This document shows positions 38,046-49,420 of a stretch of 64,000 nucleotides of DNA, piece by piece. This DNA is from Cirrosporium novae-zelandiae (taxonomy: Eukaryota). The position numbers were made by a program, and so were the translations under genes. The notes under the pieces are model-generated. The model was not told the origin of the DNA and did no database searches. It saw only the letters and a program-made list of their open reading frames with translations. Position 1 is the stretch's first letter, and each line of letters starts with the position of its first letter. Location of the stretch: the NCBI GenBank assembly GCA_026023565.1, contig JAPETS010000005.1, positions 744,001 through 808,000 on the forward strand, given 5' to 3'.

Positions 38046-41009
38046 CTTGAGGAGAATCTTCAATCAAGTCAGTATATCATAGGTTGATAGTAGAGATGAC
38101 AGTCATGGGAGAAACTCACTGTTTGTTTTTGTTGGAGGTGATATACTTTTGGTTTGATATATCGAGAGTTTAAATTAGAGAAATAGTAGTGGGTAGTGAG
38201 ACTTGATTAGAATTAATTCCAATAGGCTTCCGATGATGTTGAGTGTTGATGGAGTAAGAGCAGATCAACTAGAGCAGATTGGCTTGCTCTTATAGACGAT
38301 GATAGAGGCAGGGCGTGGCAGGGCATATTAAACATCACGATGGGTAGTCCCGTAGGTAGATCGGGATGCTTTCAGTCAGGTACGATGCAAATGACATCAA
38401 GCATCAAAGCATCAAAGCTTATAGGTGGAGCCATTGATGGCAGAGCGAATTTGTGTGCGTGTGGGACAGTAAGGAGTAACTAAAGGCAGGAGGCAGGGAT
38501 TATTATGAAAGGATCAGCCCGGAAGAATACTACGCTACCCTTGTACGGTAACCCTGTACTTTGAATTCTGTAAGCATACTTTTAGTAAGTACGGTAACAA
38601 GTTGATCACTGGTCATGAGAGGTGGTTGTTGTTTGTTGTTGTTGTAGTTAGACTAAACCACGCATTGAAAGGCGTGCCCGAGTAGAAAAAGGTTCCCAAA
38701 CCCGACATGTCAAGTGGCTTTGGATGTGAGCGTGGCTTGTAACCCTTTCCCATGTGTAGAGGAATAATACGAGCACAAATGCAACTAAACCAAGGTACCT
38801 TACGCCGTACAGTACTTTCTGATCCTTCACCAGCCTTCTAAGAACCTAAGTTAATGAAGAACAATTTGGTGTAATTGTCCACAAAGAAAGAGGGCCAGGA
38901 CTCAGGGTCTACCACTCTACATTGTACACGATGCTCCAGACGCCAGGCTAATCTAATAAGCATCCAGCCTCTTTTTTTCCCTGCAGTGCCTGAGTCTAAA
39001 AGTCTTCTCAGTCAATCAAATCACGTCCCCCCCAACTGTTTCAAAGGAGCCATGAACCGAGATACGCCAAGCCCCAGTCGGAGAGATCTGTTTTGTTGAC
39101 TGGCTGCACTGTCCCCCCTATCGCCTATCGCTTTTCGAGTCTTGATAATACCGCCGTGACTGTGTACTGTACTGTACCATGTTCCTATGAAGCGGTCAGC
39201 GAATTCTTTTGGCAAATAAGACGACTAGACGCCACTTTGTGCAACTGAGACATTCGGGGAAATCAAGTGGGAAGAGGTGGAAGGAGAACACACGGATCCA
39301 AAGACGGTTGACGGCCCTTGACGTTGGCCAAGCAACAATTTGTGGGGAGGTCCGTTGAGTGTTCCATTAATAGATCAGGGTACAAGTAATTAATGATTTT
39401 CCTTAGGGTCAAAGAAAAGCAGGTGAAAATAAACCCCCTTGAAGGAGAAAGTACAGTCATCAAGAATATTCCTACGCTGCGTTACGACAAAGAACCATTT
39501 CTTTGGAAACATTAACCATCCGCTGTGATGACATTTCTGTGGAACAGAAGCCGACTACCCGAAACCTCAGCAGAATATTTCTTCTCTTCGAGGAATATCA
39601 CCTGCAAGCAACCGGTGTCAGCCACGCATTTAATCTATAATGCATATTTATATGAATAAACCATCTGGTTTGAGGAACATCAAATAGGTCCAGGTTGTCT
39701 CTGCAATAATGCCAGGACAGGCATCTACATAGGCTCTCCGATATCCGGCCTCCCATTTTTCTATGATCATAAGCAGGAGTTAGTCGAGGCGGTGTTGAAG
39801 ACAGCAGGGTCATCCGTACTTTAGAGCTATATTCTTACACGAGAAGATCCACATGATACCCGAGACATTGTTGTTGCTGAATTTACTGTGTAGTAAATAT
39901 ATTATTTTCGGAAATGAGAGTGTTATGAACGGTGGGATTTTATCTTTTGATATATGCTGGGATCTTATAATATATAGGCAACCCAAGTATGCACAACGAG
40001 AGCCGTTCCAGAAAATCATTTATATCAGGCCGCTTGTTTCCTCCCTCGAAACTCTATTGCAACGTTTAATATTTCCTATAGGCCTCATTACCCTTTGATG
40101 AGAGTGAATGGGGACCAAGATCCGAATAATGCTAGGATGTGTGTGACAGTAAGAAACCTGGAAAAGAAATATCAGAAAACCCCTTTTTTTCAATTAGTTG
40201 TTCAGTTTGATGGTGCATTTGGTTTCAATTATAGTTGATCAAAATGAGAGCAACAAGGGGGGATTCATGGGTTCCTCCTGGCTAGTATCTTTGACCTTAT
40301 GATCTTGCATTTGAAATTTTTATCTCTTTGCTTCAATTCATCCGATTTCTATTCCTCGTCTATAAGATAACTCCCAAGTCTGTCTTACTATGTATAGCTC
40401 TCTCTAGGGGTTCGGATAGCCATTGTCAAATCAAGGATTGTATGCATCTTCGGATAAATTTCCAGCCTTTCTCCTTGGTGTATGAAAAAAGTCCACATCT
40501 ACTCCTCAAATCTTAAACAGCAGTCATCTTCATTTGGGTATCAAACCCTCGCAAGGCAGGTATAGTTGAGCAGTTGAGGAATAAAGGTCTGGACAAGCCA
40601 ATAGTGGTTTCAGAAGTCGAAGGTAGCCAAAATGAAAATCATCGTTAGGTACTTGAGGAAATTTGAAACTAGGCCTGATACCCAGTAGCAATGGATTGCT
40701 ATTATGAAATGAATGGGAGAGGTGGAAGGTTGAATGGTTTAGAGGGAGGTGGATATGAAAAATGGAAAAAGTAACCGCTACTACTTGTAAGTGTTTCTGC
40801 CCCCATATCTGATCAAGTGTTTGTTTATTATTCCCCTCAAGATCATCTCACGGTGCTTCTCACCTAATCTCCACGAATGCTTACCAGCATCTGGTAATAA
40901 ACATTACCAATGATATAAAAGACAAAAAAGAATACTACAGCTCACATCATTTAATCTGTAGTATCCTAAACTCATCATCCCACTACTTTTCTACTCTATC
41001 TACGCTTGA

Positions 41010-41271
41010 TCCTTGATTCAAGGCAGTCATGGGGAGATTGGTTTTCACAGGTCAGCTGGTCCACGGTTCAAGCCCGGGTTAAAGGTACCACACAGATGTG
41101 ATTTGTGTATGGGGGTGGAAGATCTCTCGACCAACCCTCCTGTTCGGTTGAAAATGAAGAACTTGATGTAATATTTATAGGATAACTCTACCTGAGGGTC
41201 AGAGTTCAACTCCGAGAGGCAGCAAGTCAAATTTCTTTTCAGACGTATCTTGACCAACGTATACCTAGGTA
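41010..41271 (+). mobile_element. tRNA-like relic or SINE-like element (degenerate)
   Basis: A-box-like TGGGGAGATTGG (41030), B-box GGTTCAAGCC (41065) in a T-arm-like stem, and ACCA at 41087-41090. The cloverleaf does not close, so this is not a functional tRNA. The right boundary is a guess. Confidence 0.3.
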
Positions 41272-42248
41272 CTTAATCTTCGTTCTCTACTGCTTGATCA
41301 ACCAGGTGATCGGCTTAAGTCTTAGCAATCTGTCCTAAACATGGGCTTCTCTAGCTTACTGAAGGAGGATATGATTCTAAGCATATTTGCCATGAGTAAC
41401 ATGGGCAACAGAGTCTTTCATTTTAGATTAGATGGTTCTTGAATATCTTCGGATAGAGATCTTGGAAGGCGTTCAGCGATATCTACTTCTTTTTGCGGGG
41501 TGTTGGGGAATTATCTGGAGATGAATTACTTGCTTTGTAGATGAAACGTGGGATGGTTATTGTTTCATCAGCCAAGACTTTTGTCGAGATTGGTTGGATC
41601 GGAGTGGCCAGGTAGGGCCGAAATAAGCATAGACTCCCCGACTCCCCGACTCCGTGTCCAATAGATTCTATCGTTACCCAGCACTTACAGACATCAGCAT
41701 CCTGGAGGCCTTGGGGTAGCTACGTATATAGTCCGGCTTGGAGACCATTAACCATTCTCATCTTTCATCTTCGTAAAAGATCATGGTGGGGCACTTTGAC
41801 TCGAAGCAGAAGGCCATCCGTCAAGTCGGCCATTGTTGGTTGACTTAATGAAGGTAACATTTGCGACCATCTCAAACACAGCAAAGGGAGGAAGTTAGAC
41901 ATCCTGTTTCTCTTCCAGGTATTATAATCATTGGTCATGCTCTGTAAATCTAAGTGTCAGGAAATAAACAATCAGGTAAGTTAAGAATTCCCTACTACAT
42001 GTCTATTCAAGCAAAGATGGTGAATATGTTATGATGTGGTATTTGATTATTGTTTGTTTACTATCGCGATCGACAATCCAAGTTGAAAATTTGAATGAAT
42101 AAACCGGAATTGTTTCTGCTTCTGTTCATTTATCTTCACTTCCCGGAAGCCATCACATCCATCTTGGCATCTCCACCTGTCCTTTTTAATAAGAACACTG
42201 AACCAAGCGCAAGAATCTGTGCCGTTTCTCACTGACTTATTTCTCAAG

Positions 42249-43542
42249 ATGATGCTCCTCACCCCATTGCTTTTGGTTGCTGCAGCCGGTCTCTGCAGCG
42301 CCTGTAATGGCACCAAGCTTTTTGTGGCCTCCTATGCGGGCAGCGTAACTACTCTGTCTCTATCACTTACCTCCAACAATACCTACCAGCTTCAAAATGT
42401 CTCTCGGAATACGGACTGTGCGCCCAGCCCATCCTGGTTGACTCTAGACAAGAAGAATAATGTTCTCTATTGTGCTGACGAAGGACTTTCGACACCGGGC
42501 ATTGGCTCTCTAACATCTTTGTCTGTCTCGCAAAGTGGCTATTTGACCAAGTTGGATCATGCTATGAGCAACAATGGAGGTGTTAGCTCTGTTGTTTATG
42601 GAGGTCGTGGCAAGAATGGAAGCCAGGCACTTGCATTGGCACATTAGTAAGTTAATGTTTCGCCTTGCTGGACTAACTAACTTATTTTATAGCGGTGGCT
42701 CTGCTTTGACAACTTGGGAGCTTACGCCTACTGGCACACTCTCTCTTCTTCAAAACATTACCTTCAACCTCACTACTCCTGGCCCCAACTCAGCTCAAAC
42801 TGCCCCCCACCCTCACCAAGCTATTCTTGATCCGACCGGACAATATGTCCTCGTCCCTGACCTGGGGGCTGACCTTGTTCGCATTTTCTGTATCGACCCC
42901 GAGACCAACGAACTAGCTTCGCACGAACCATTGGAAGTTGAGGCTGGGAGCGGACCAAGACATGCCACATTCTGGTCCCCTCAGAATCTTACGAGCCGCA
43001 CTTTTAAGGAGAACAGTACTTTGTACTTTTACTTATTGAGCGAGCTAGCAAGTACGATAAGCTCCTACTCGGTTACCTATCCAGCGAGTGGAGGTCTCTC
43101 TTTCACCAAGCTCTATTCGTCGGCTACCTATGGCAACTCCACACCTCCCGCGGGAATTGCAGCAGCAGAGGTTCAAATCCGGCCTTCACATTCTCAATAC
43201 CTTCTTCTCTCTAATCGTAACGACTCGACATTCTCCCTTCCAAACATTGACCCTGCGAACTCCACTCATGAGGCTTCTGATAGTCTCGCTACCTTTGAGC
43301 TTAATAATGATGGAACCTTGTTGTTTAAATCACTTTGGCCCTCTGGTGGGACATTTCCGAGACAGTTCCAGATAAATGCCAAGGGAGATATGGTAGCAGT
43401 TGCTGATCAGACCAGCAACAGAATTGTGATCATGAAGAGAGATGCGGAAACCGGGGAAATGGGATATCCAATTGCATACTGGGTAGACGAGGCTGGGGAA
43501 GATGGAACAGGTCAGGTTACCTGTGTGATCTGGGATGAGTGA
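42249..43542 (+). CDS. Secreted beta-propeller lactonase (6-phosphogluconolactonase / carboxymuconate cyclase-like family)
   Basis: Exons 42249-42646 and 42693-43542. Signal peptide; PSWL, PHPHQAILDP, VPDLGAD, GSGPRH, SNR and GGTFPRQF motifs. Confidence 0.9.
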
Positions 43543-44449
43543 TAGATGATGAATGGATTAGGTTCTTGTTGCAATGCTCTAGAAGTAGACACTGGCTGAG
43601 ACTACTTCGCAATGAACTTGTGTAAATGTTTAAGGAGCATCAAGATTCATACGACCATGAAAGGCTTATAACTGAGAACTCGTGAGAGATGTGCATATGC
43701 GAATGAGACCACTAATATTTCTTGTTTTCCCGAAATGTTTTTTCCTCGACTAGACCTACCAGGTTAAGTATTAGAGGAGACCCGTCCTCTGCTCTATGAA
43801 AAATTTCCAGCCACGGGATTCTCCAAAGTTTTGGGACTATATAGCCCCTGAGCTAAAAGAATCAATCAAAACATTTTATTGTAATTTTTATATCTTTACC
43901 TAAGAGTCATCATACCAGCCACGGTAATCGCTAAGACGATCCGTCTTCAAGCTCCGGAGCACCTTCCAGTTTCCCCAAGTAAGATCTGCATCAATAGTAT
44001 CTGCACATATTCGTCCCTCGGAGCTATATCCTCCTATAGCCAATATTGTTTCCCTCGGAGCTTATTGGGATTGAACGTAATTATTGAGTTTCGCATAATC
44101 TTTGGCAAGAAAGGTAGTCTAGAAGATATACAGATTTGTTCTTCACCGCCTTCTGCCTACATATGTAGTTCCTCCAAGTTTGGAGAGAATTAATTATAAG
44201 TTCTCCAGTGTGCATATAAGAAGGTTCTCTAAATGATAATAATAACCCTTATATCTATACAAATATTTAATATGCTTTCAAACCTTTCCTTCCAAGAAGG
44301 TAGACATAGATCTTTGCATGTCTAATGTGGAACTCTTTTCTGGTCAATGCATATAAACTTCGGAGTATCAGATCATCCGACGTGTTGCCTGAGGACAAAC
44401 ACATAATTCGAATTAATTCGCACATACTTTAGCTCTTCTAACTCCAAAG

Positions 44450-45733
44450 ATGCTCTCTTCGATTGAAGTTTCAACTTCTACTACAGAACATCCCATCCCT
44501 ACCTACCTTCACATTGGCATGGAAAACACTGTAGACCTACCCATACCTCCTCCAAAACGACAGAAAAGAGATCGTCAAGGAAACCTACTTACACCCAAAC
44601 TGCCGTCCCACCGCCATTCTAGCCTCGAACAACTTCCATCCGAATTAATACAAAAAATCTTCCTACAATGCCTCAATTTTAGCCTTCCTCGATCGTCGAA
44701 TAGACTCGGTGCCATTTTAAGCGGAGATTATGTCTATAATAACCTCTGCGTCTTGGCTTTTGACCGTCACATGTGGTCAGCTAGGTCTTTCTTAGACCTC
44801 CCAGATGATGAGAATGATCCAATTTGGAGATCACGGCCTTTGATGGAAGATGATGAGCAGCGACAACTTCAACGGGATATTTTTTTGACTCCTTGGTTTT
44901 CCTTGAGGCACGTGCTATATGTGGAAAAGAGATGTACTCGGTGTTCTCGAGAATTGGCATATGGAGCGGAGATTGTTAAGAAAACAGCTGGGTTTGATCC
45001 ATTTGATGGGTCAATCATTGAATTTGGAAGGAATTGGGGGAAAACACATCATCATAGGCATTGCCAGAAGGATCCTGGGTTTCCACACCGGCTGTTGGCT
45101 GGACCTTGGTCGAAGGACGATGTGATAATGATAGAGAAACTGATGGACTGGGGAGCAGGATTGCCATCTCGAGATTCTCCATCAATGCGTATTGCTCGAC
45201 TTGGTTTGGAAAAAGCCATAGAACAAGGTCGGTCGGATGTGATCGACTTGTTTGGCCCTCTTCCAGAAGAGCCCCCGTTAGGGAAGAAGTCCTTGGATAT
45301 GAGTATTACTTGGCGTATGTTGAGGATTGCCATTGTGAATACTGAACAGCGCCAAGACTTGGTCAAGAGACTGGTGCTGTTATCTGGTTTCGATCCTCCA
45401 GCCAGTATGTCAGAAGCGGCTGACCACAAAGCTATTCGTGACAAGGCATTGAAAGGAAGAGAAGAAGGGGGAGGGAGGGAATGGTTATATTGGTTCTTTG
45501 CTACCAACGGGACTAGTCCTACGCTAGAGGGCGAGGAGCAGCAGAGTAATAGTGTACGACAGAAAGAGAAATATCCACTGGAGGTTATTGTCGGTCGAAT
45601 GTGCATGCGTGAAATCGAGGACGTATATGCACGGAAGATGACCAACGACTCGGAGCCCAATTGGTTTGATGAGAGCTATGATCTGATGGAATCTTACGAC
45701 TTTTTACGAGAGCATTACAAACGTCCACACTGA
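44450..45733 (+). CDS. Hypothetical protein with F-box-like N-terminal motif
   Basis: 427-aa intronless ORF with SSLEQLPSELIQKIFLQCLNFSLPRSS and an NLS-like PPPKRQKR. Confidence 0.7.
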   Translation: MLSSIEVSTSTTEHPIPTYLHIGMENTVDLPIPPPKRQKRDRQGNLLTPKLPSHRHSSLEQLPSELIQKIFLQCLNFSLPRSSNRLGAILSGDYVYNNLCVLAFDRHMWSARSFLDLPDDENDPIWRSRPLMEDDEQRQLQRDIFLTPWFSLRHVLYVEKRCTRCSRELAYGAEIVKKTAGFDPFDGSIIEFGRNWGKTHHHRHCQKDPGFPHRLLAGPWSKDDVIMIEKLMDWGAGLPSRDSPSMRIARLGLEKAIEQGRSDVIDLFGPLPEEPPLGKKSLDMSITWRMLRIAIVNTEQRQDLVKRLVLLSGFDPPASMSEAADHKAIRDKALKGREEGGGREWLYWFFATNGTSPTLEGEEQQSNSVRQKEKYPLEVIVGRMCMREIEDVYARKMTNDSEPNWFDESYDLMESYDFLREHYKRPH

Positions 45734-46970
45734 TAAGCTCGTTTCTGTTGAATATCACTGTAAGGACAGCAGAATTTCATCCAGAGGCGAGCCAAGACTA
45801 GGAGATTAACTAGCCTACAGAAACCATTTCTCAGGAGGTTCTCATCGATTATTTTGGTTGGTGATCTGGACAAGGAATGGCGGCTGCACTTCTCCTACGC
45901 GAATTTCCAACAAAGTTGAAAATGGACGACTGGTCTTTAACCAAAAGCTCATTGCCACCCTTAACTGAGTTATAGAGCAAGGGAGTTGGAGGCCACTCGT
46001 TGGACTGGAAGGGGCAGAAAGGTCTACAACAGACAAACGACAAGCTAGATAGGCGCCAATAGTGATGCATAATGAGCCGCTATCACCCATACAGCTTCAG
46101 CGGTATTCTCCCTGGTTCATCCCCAGGAATTATCAAGACATGAACCCCTTTTGATACCAGGCTAGCAAGTGCATCTGTTTCATAGAGGCCTCTAGGTCGG
46201 AGTACCTGGTTATATAGATTTTGACTACTCTCAGTTATAGATGGAGCTTCTAACGGGGCGATGAACAAAATGGATATAATCTAAGCTCACATTATCTAAT
46301 ATTCGTTTCCTTTTTACCAGTCCGACACTAGATATAGTCTACAGAATATCATAGTAGCATCCTGTTCTTGAGTACCTGCCAAGGCGCTACTCTAGATTAA
46401 GTAGCTACCTAGGTACATATTCTATAAACTCTAGTAACGACATCTATCTATCCTGTTTCGTGTGAATCCTCACAAACTCATTCCTATCTTTGTGGCTAGT
46501 CTATTGAATATCATATGTATACATTGATATTTGGCCTTGATTAAAATTTTACATTCTAGGAAAAAAGTTCAAAGGGACATGAGAGATTTACTACTGTATA
46601 CTGCAAAGCTTCTTCTTCATGTTAGAGATAACCAAAGTAATGCAACGTCTGTTTTTTTTTGAGAGAGAGTATTACATGCAAAACAGAATTTTTTTTATGA
46701 ATGATCTTGTCCGAAGATGATGAGGTGGTAGTTATTCTCAACTGTCAATCTTAAGCTTAGGTTTTGGAGAGTTCATCATCTAACTTATGAGGGGTGATGA
46801 ACCAAAAAGATTGATGATTTGGATTCAACCCTAGCTAATGCTTCCTTTGCTACTCGAGTAGCCTCGTTTCTACCAAATGACTCCCAGGGTAAACAAGAGG
46901 AGAAATCTCCCTAACCTCAGGGTATTTTCATGCCTGACTTCGCCCTCAATATTCACCAGAAAGGTCTGCA

Positions 46971-47513
46971 CTATCCCTCGAAGGTCAAGATGCTCCCATC
47001 GTCGACCATATCCTGCAAGACTTTGTACCAAGCGTACGTCTTGATATCTTTCTCTACCACACAGGTGACACATTAGTTTTAGCTACAAAAAAAAAGCCCA
47101 AGATTAGGATTAGATATTGGAATTCTTACCATCGGGATTCCAAGCATGGGGAGACAAATGCAACGAAATCTCCATCAACAATTGGTCATTAAGGTCTGGT
47201 TTGGTCATCACCGGGAAGTAATGTTTAACGAGATAGGCCATAGTAGCCTGGGAAACCCTGGCGTTGTTTGGTTGAATGCGGACATCGCGGAGGAAGAGGG
47301 CGAAGTCTGACATCTCGGCGGTCCATTCGATGTCCCTGGCTGGATTTCTGGTGAGCTTTGGTAACTTTGGCGGGAAACTTGGTTATATAGAGAGCTTGGC
47401 TTACCTGGCTTCATGCCAAAGGGTGCAATCACATTCATGTTACATTTTGGGTGCTTAGACTTTGGCTTGTTGGACTTTGGCTTGTTGGATCTTGGCTTGC
47501 TAGACTTTGGCAT
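46971..47513 (-). CDS. Small basic hypothetical protein (133 aa) not shown as one ORF in the track
   Basis: Exons 47513-47405, 47339-47130 and 47053-46971 total 402 nt in frame. GTAAG donors with CTCAC/CTAAT branch points; N-terminal (S/N)KP(K/R)S repeats. Confidence 0.5.
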
Positions 47514-47590
47514 GTTGACGAAGTAGTGCGAGTAATGTGAGTAGTATGAGTAATGTGAGTAGTGCGAGTAATGTAAGTAATGTGTAAGAC
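47455..47590. repeat. Adjacent 15-bp (GACTTTGGCTTGTTG-like, x4) and 9-bp (AGTARTGYG-like, about x7) tandem repeats
   Basis: Directly visible. The 15-mer encodes the KPKSN repeats; the 9-mer lies just upstream of the ATG. Confidence 0.85.
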
Positions 47591-48265
47591 GTTCAAGTTT
47601 GTGAAACTCTCGGCGAGATGTTGTTTGTAGGTGATGGAGTACGTGAGGAAGTGGGAGGAGCAAAAATCACCGGAATCGAGTGGCGAAGCTGAGTGGTGGA
47701 ACTGAGTGATGGTGTTGAGTGAATGGGACCTACCAGCATCGACACCACTAGCTTGCTATATGCACACGATGCTGAAAGATTGAGCTGAAAGCCGTTACTT
47801 GCTTCTTCACAGACTTGCTCACATTTTTTTGGGTCACGACTCTTCTTGAGATTCAATTGTTGTTTACAAGAGCCATATTCTTCAACAATATTTCCATTTC
47901 CAAGGCTCACACAACTCGATTATAGTTGGTTTCCATCCCTCCACAACTGGATTTTTGATAGCTAAACCATACTTTACGAAGAACTATTTCCTGGCCTGTA
48001 TTAACGACGTCTAGCGTTGGCATAAATTTGCATCTGCATTCATCCCTGAAGACAAAGCGAAACAATGTCACCTGAATTCAAATCAGCACTTTCTATGATG
48101 GTAAGTTGGTCGGTAGTCTAGATAATGGAAATAAGGAAAGCTTTGATTGACAGAAAGTTTTTTATATTTATAGGAGAACAGAGAAAGTTAGACTATTCTC
48201 CAGGTTACCGCTGTTTTTTCATCCACAGTCTTCCATGACACCTGTTGGCTTCTCCTACTGCCTAG

Positions 48266-48808
48266 TCAGCAACTGCAACAAGCCCAGTATCTCTTGTCCC
48301 CATATCGAACTATGTGTAATGCAAACTGACTCCAGTCCTGCACAGAGGTTTCGACGTTTCTCGCATACTCCGATTGCAGATATCTTCTCAAGCCTGACCC
48401 CTTATTGCGTTTAGGATCCATGCTAAAGACCATGCTCGTGACATTCCGACACTCTCGAAAAAAAATCTCGATATCACATTCCCATCCCTTCTCAAACGGG
48501 TTGATCTTTATTTCTAGGTGCTGGAATTGTGGTCGGATGTGCGGTGGCAGGAGCAGAAACGTCACGGAGTAATGAAGGTCAACGCCAAAGGTGTTTTTGT
48601 CGAAAAATATGGGCAGCGCCTCCCTGCGGATGGTGGAATTGACATGTAAGAGATTGATCACGCATCTATCGCAGAAATAGCTCGGTTTTAATGGAATGCA
48701 GTGCGGATGCACAAGAACAAGTTCGTAAATCATAAGTCGCACCTCCGGCGGAAGGGTCATGAAACCGGTAGGTTCTTTCACTGTAGACGGCGAGTGCGAC
48801 TCAGACAT
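48266..48808 (-). CDS. Hypothetical protein with F-box-like/2EXR-like N-terminal motif
   Basis: GFMTLPPEVRLMIYELVL...LLHVNSTIRREALPIFFDKNTF, a pattern common in fungal F-box-like proteins. Confidence 0.7.
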   Translation of the reverse strand: MSESHSPSTVKEPTGFMTLPPEVRLMIYELVLVHPHCIPLKPSYFCDRCVINLLHVNSTIRREALPIFFDKNTFGVDLHYSVTFLLLPPHIRPQFQHLEIKINPFEKGWECDIEIFFRECRNVTSMVFSMDPKRNKGSGLRRYLQSEYARNVETSVQDWSQFALHIVRYGDKRYWACCSC

Positions 48809-49420
48809 CTTGGGCCGGGTGCAATTTTCGATATTGCTCGGCTCCAGTGCTGTGGGACGATCCAAAGATACCAGGCAATGTGACATTGGAGACAATTGAT
48901 TGAAGAATTGATCTTCCGTGGGAAATTGTAGATATAAGTAACGTAGAAGAAAGTGCCCACTGCCACGATTATGTTGACATGGTCATTTTCAATGGTTTCA
49001 ATTTATTGACACATTGGTCTTTTTGCGTTTCGCTCTTTGATTTGGCCAAATGCCTATCATGCTAGCGCATAGCAAGCGGAGCCTTCCAAGTCCTCTTCGA
49101 TGGCAGCTGACCAGAGGACGTGCAAAAAGAGGGAATGGACTCAAAAAAGAGAAAAGAATGCTATGTTGCTGTGATTCTTTTTATAATGGGATTTTCTTTA
49201 ATTTATTTAGTAATACCTTGGAGCTAGATTTCCTTTGGGTCAAGGAGTATTTGGTGTTGAGCATTTCCTTTTTTTGGGGTTAAGGGATCACGTGGGGATT
49301 TCATAACGAGCATAATTTAATGAGATTCAACTAGATAAACTTCAGGGAAATTCATGATTAAGGTCAATCTACTCATCGTCGTCGTTGACCTTAAGGAGTA
49401 ATTTGCCTCTAATGTAATTA

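Noticed and set aside
41010..41090. Functional tRNA (Glu-TTC or Sec-TCA)
   Set aside because: Acceptor, D and anticodon stems do not pair properly; kept only as a relic.
42249..43542. Lactonase as a member of the sugar-acid cluster
   Set aside because: It is 13 kb away, separated by unrelated genes, is secreted, and I saw no CCGATA motif in its proximal promoter.
43820..44220. LRR/F-box pseudogene on the minus strand (SPNLEELH fragment)
   Set aside because: One short motif among stops; too little to support.
45052..45660. 202-aa minus-strand ORF and similar antisense ORFs (e.g. 57232-57930, 1256-1645)
   Set aside because: Shadows of better-supported genes on the opposite strand.
47520..47590. 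CRISPR-like array
   Set aside because: Contiguous 9-bp tandem repeat without spacers, in eukaryotic DNA.
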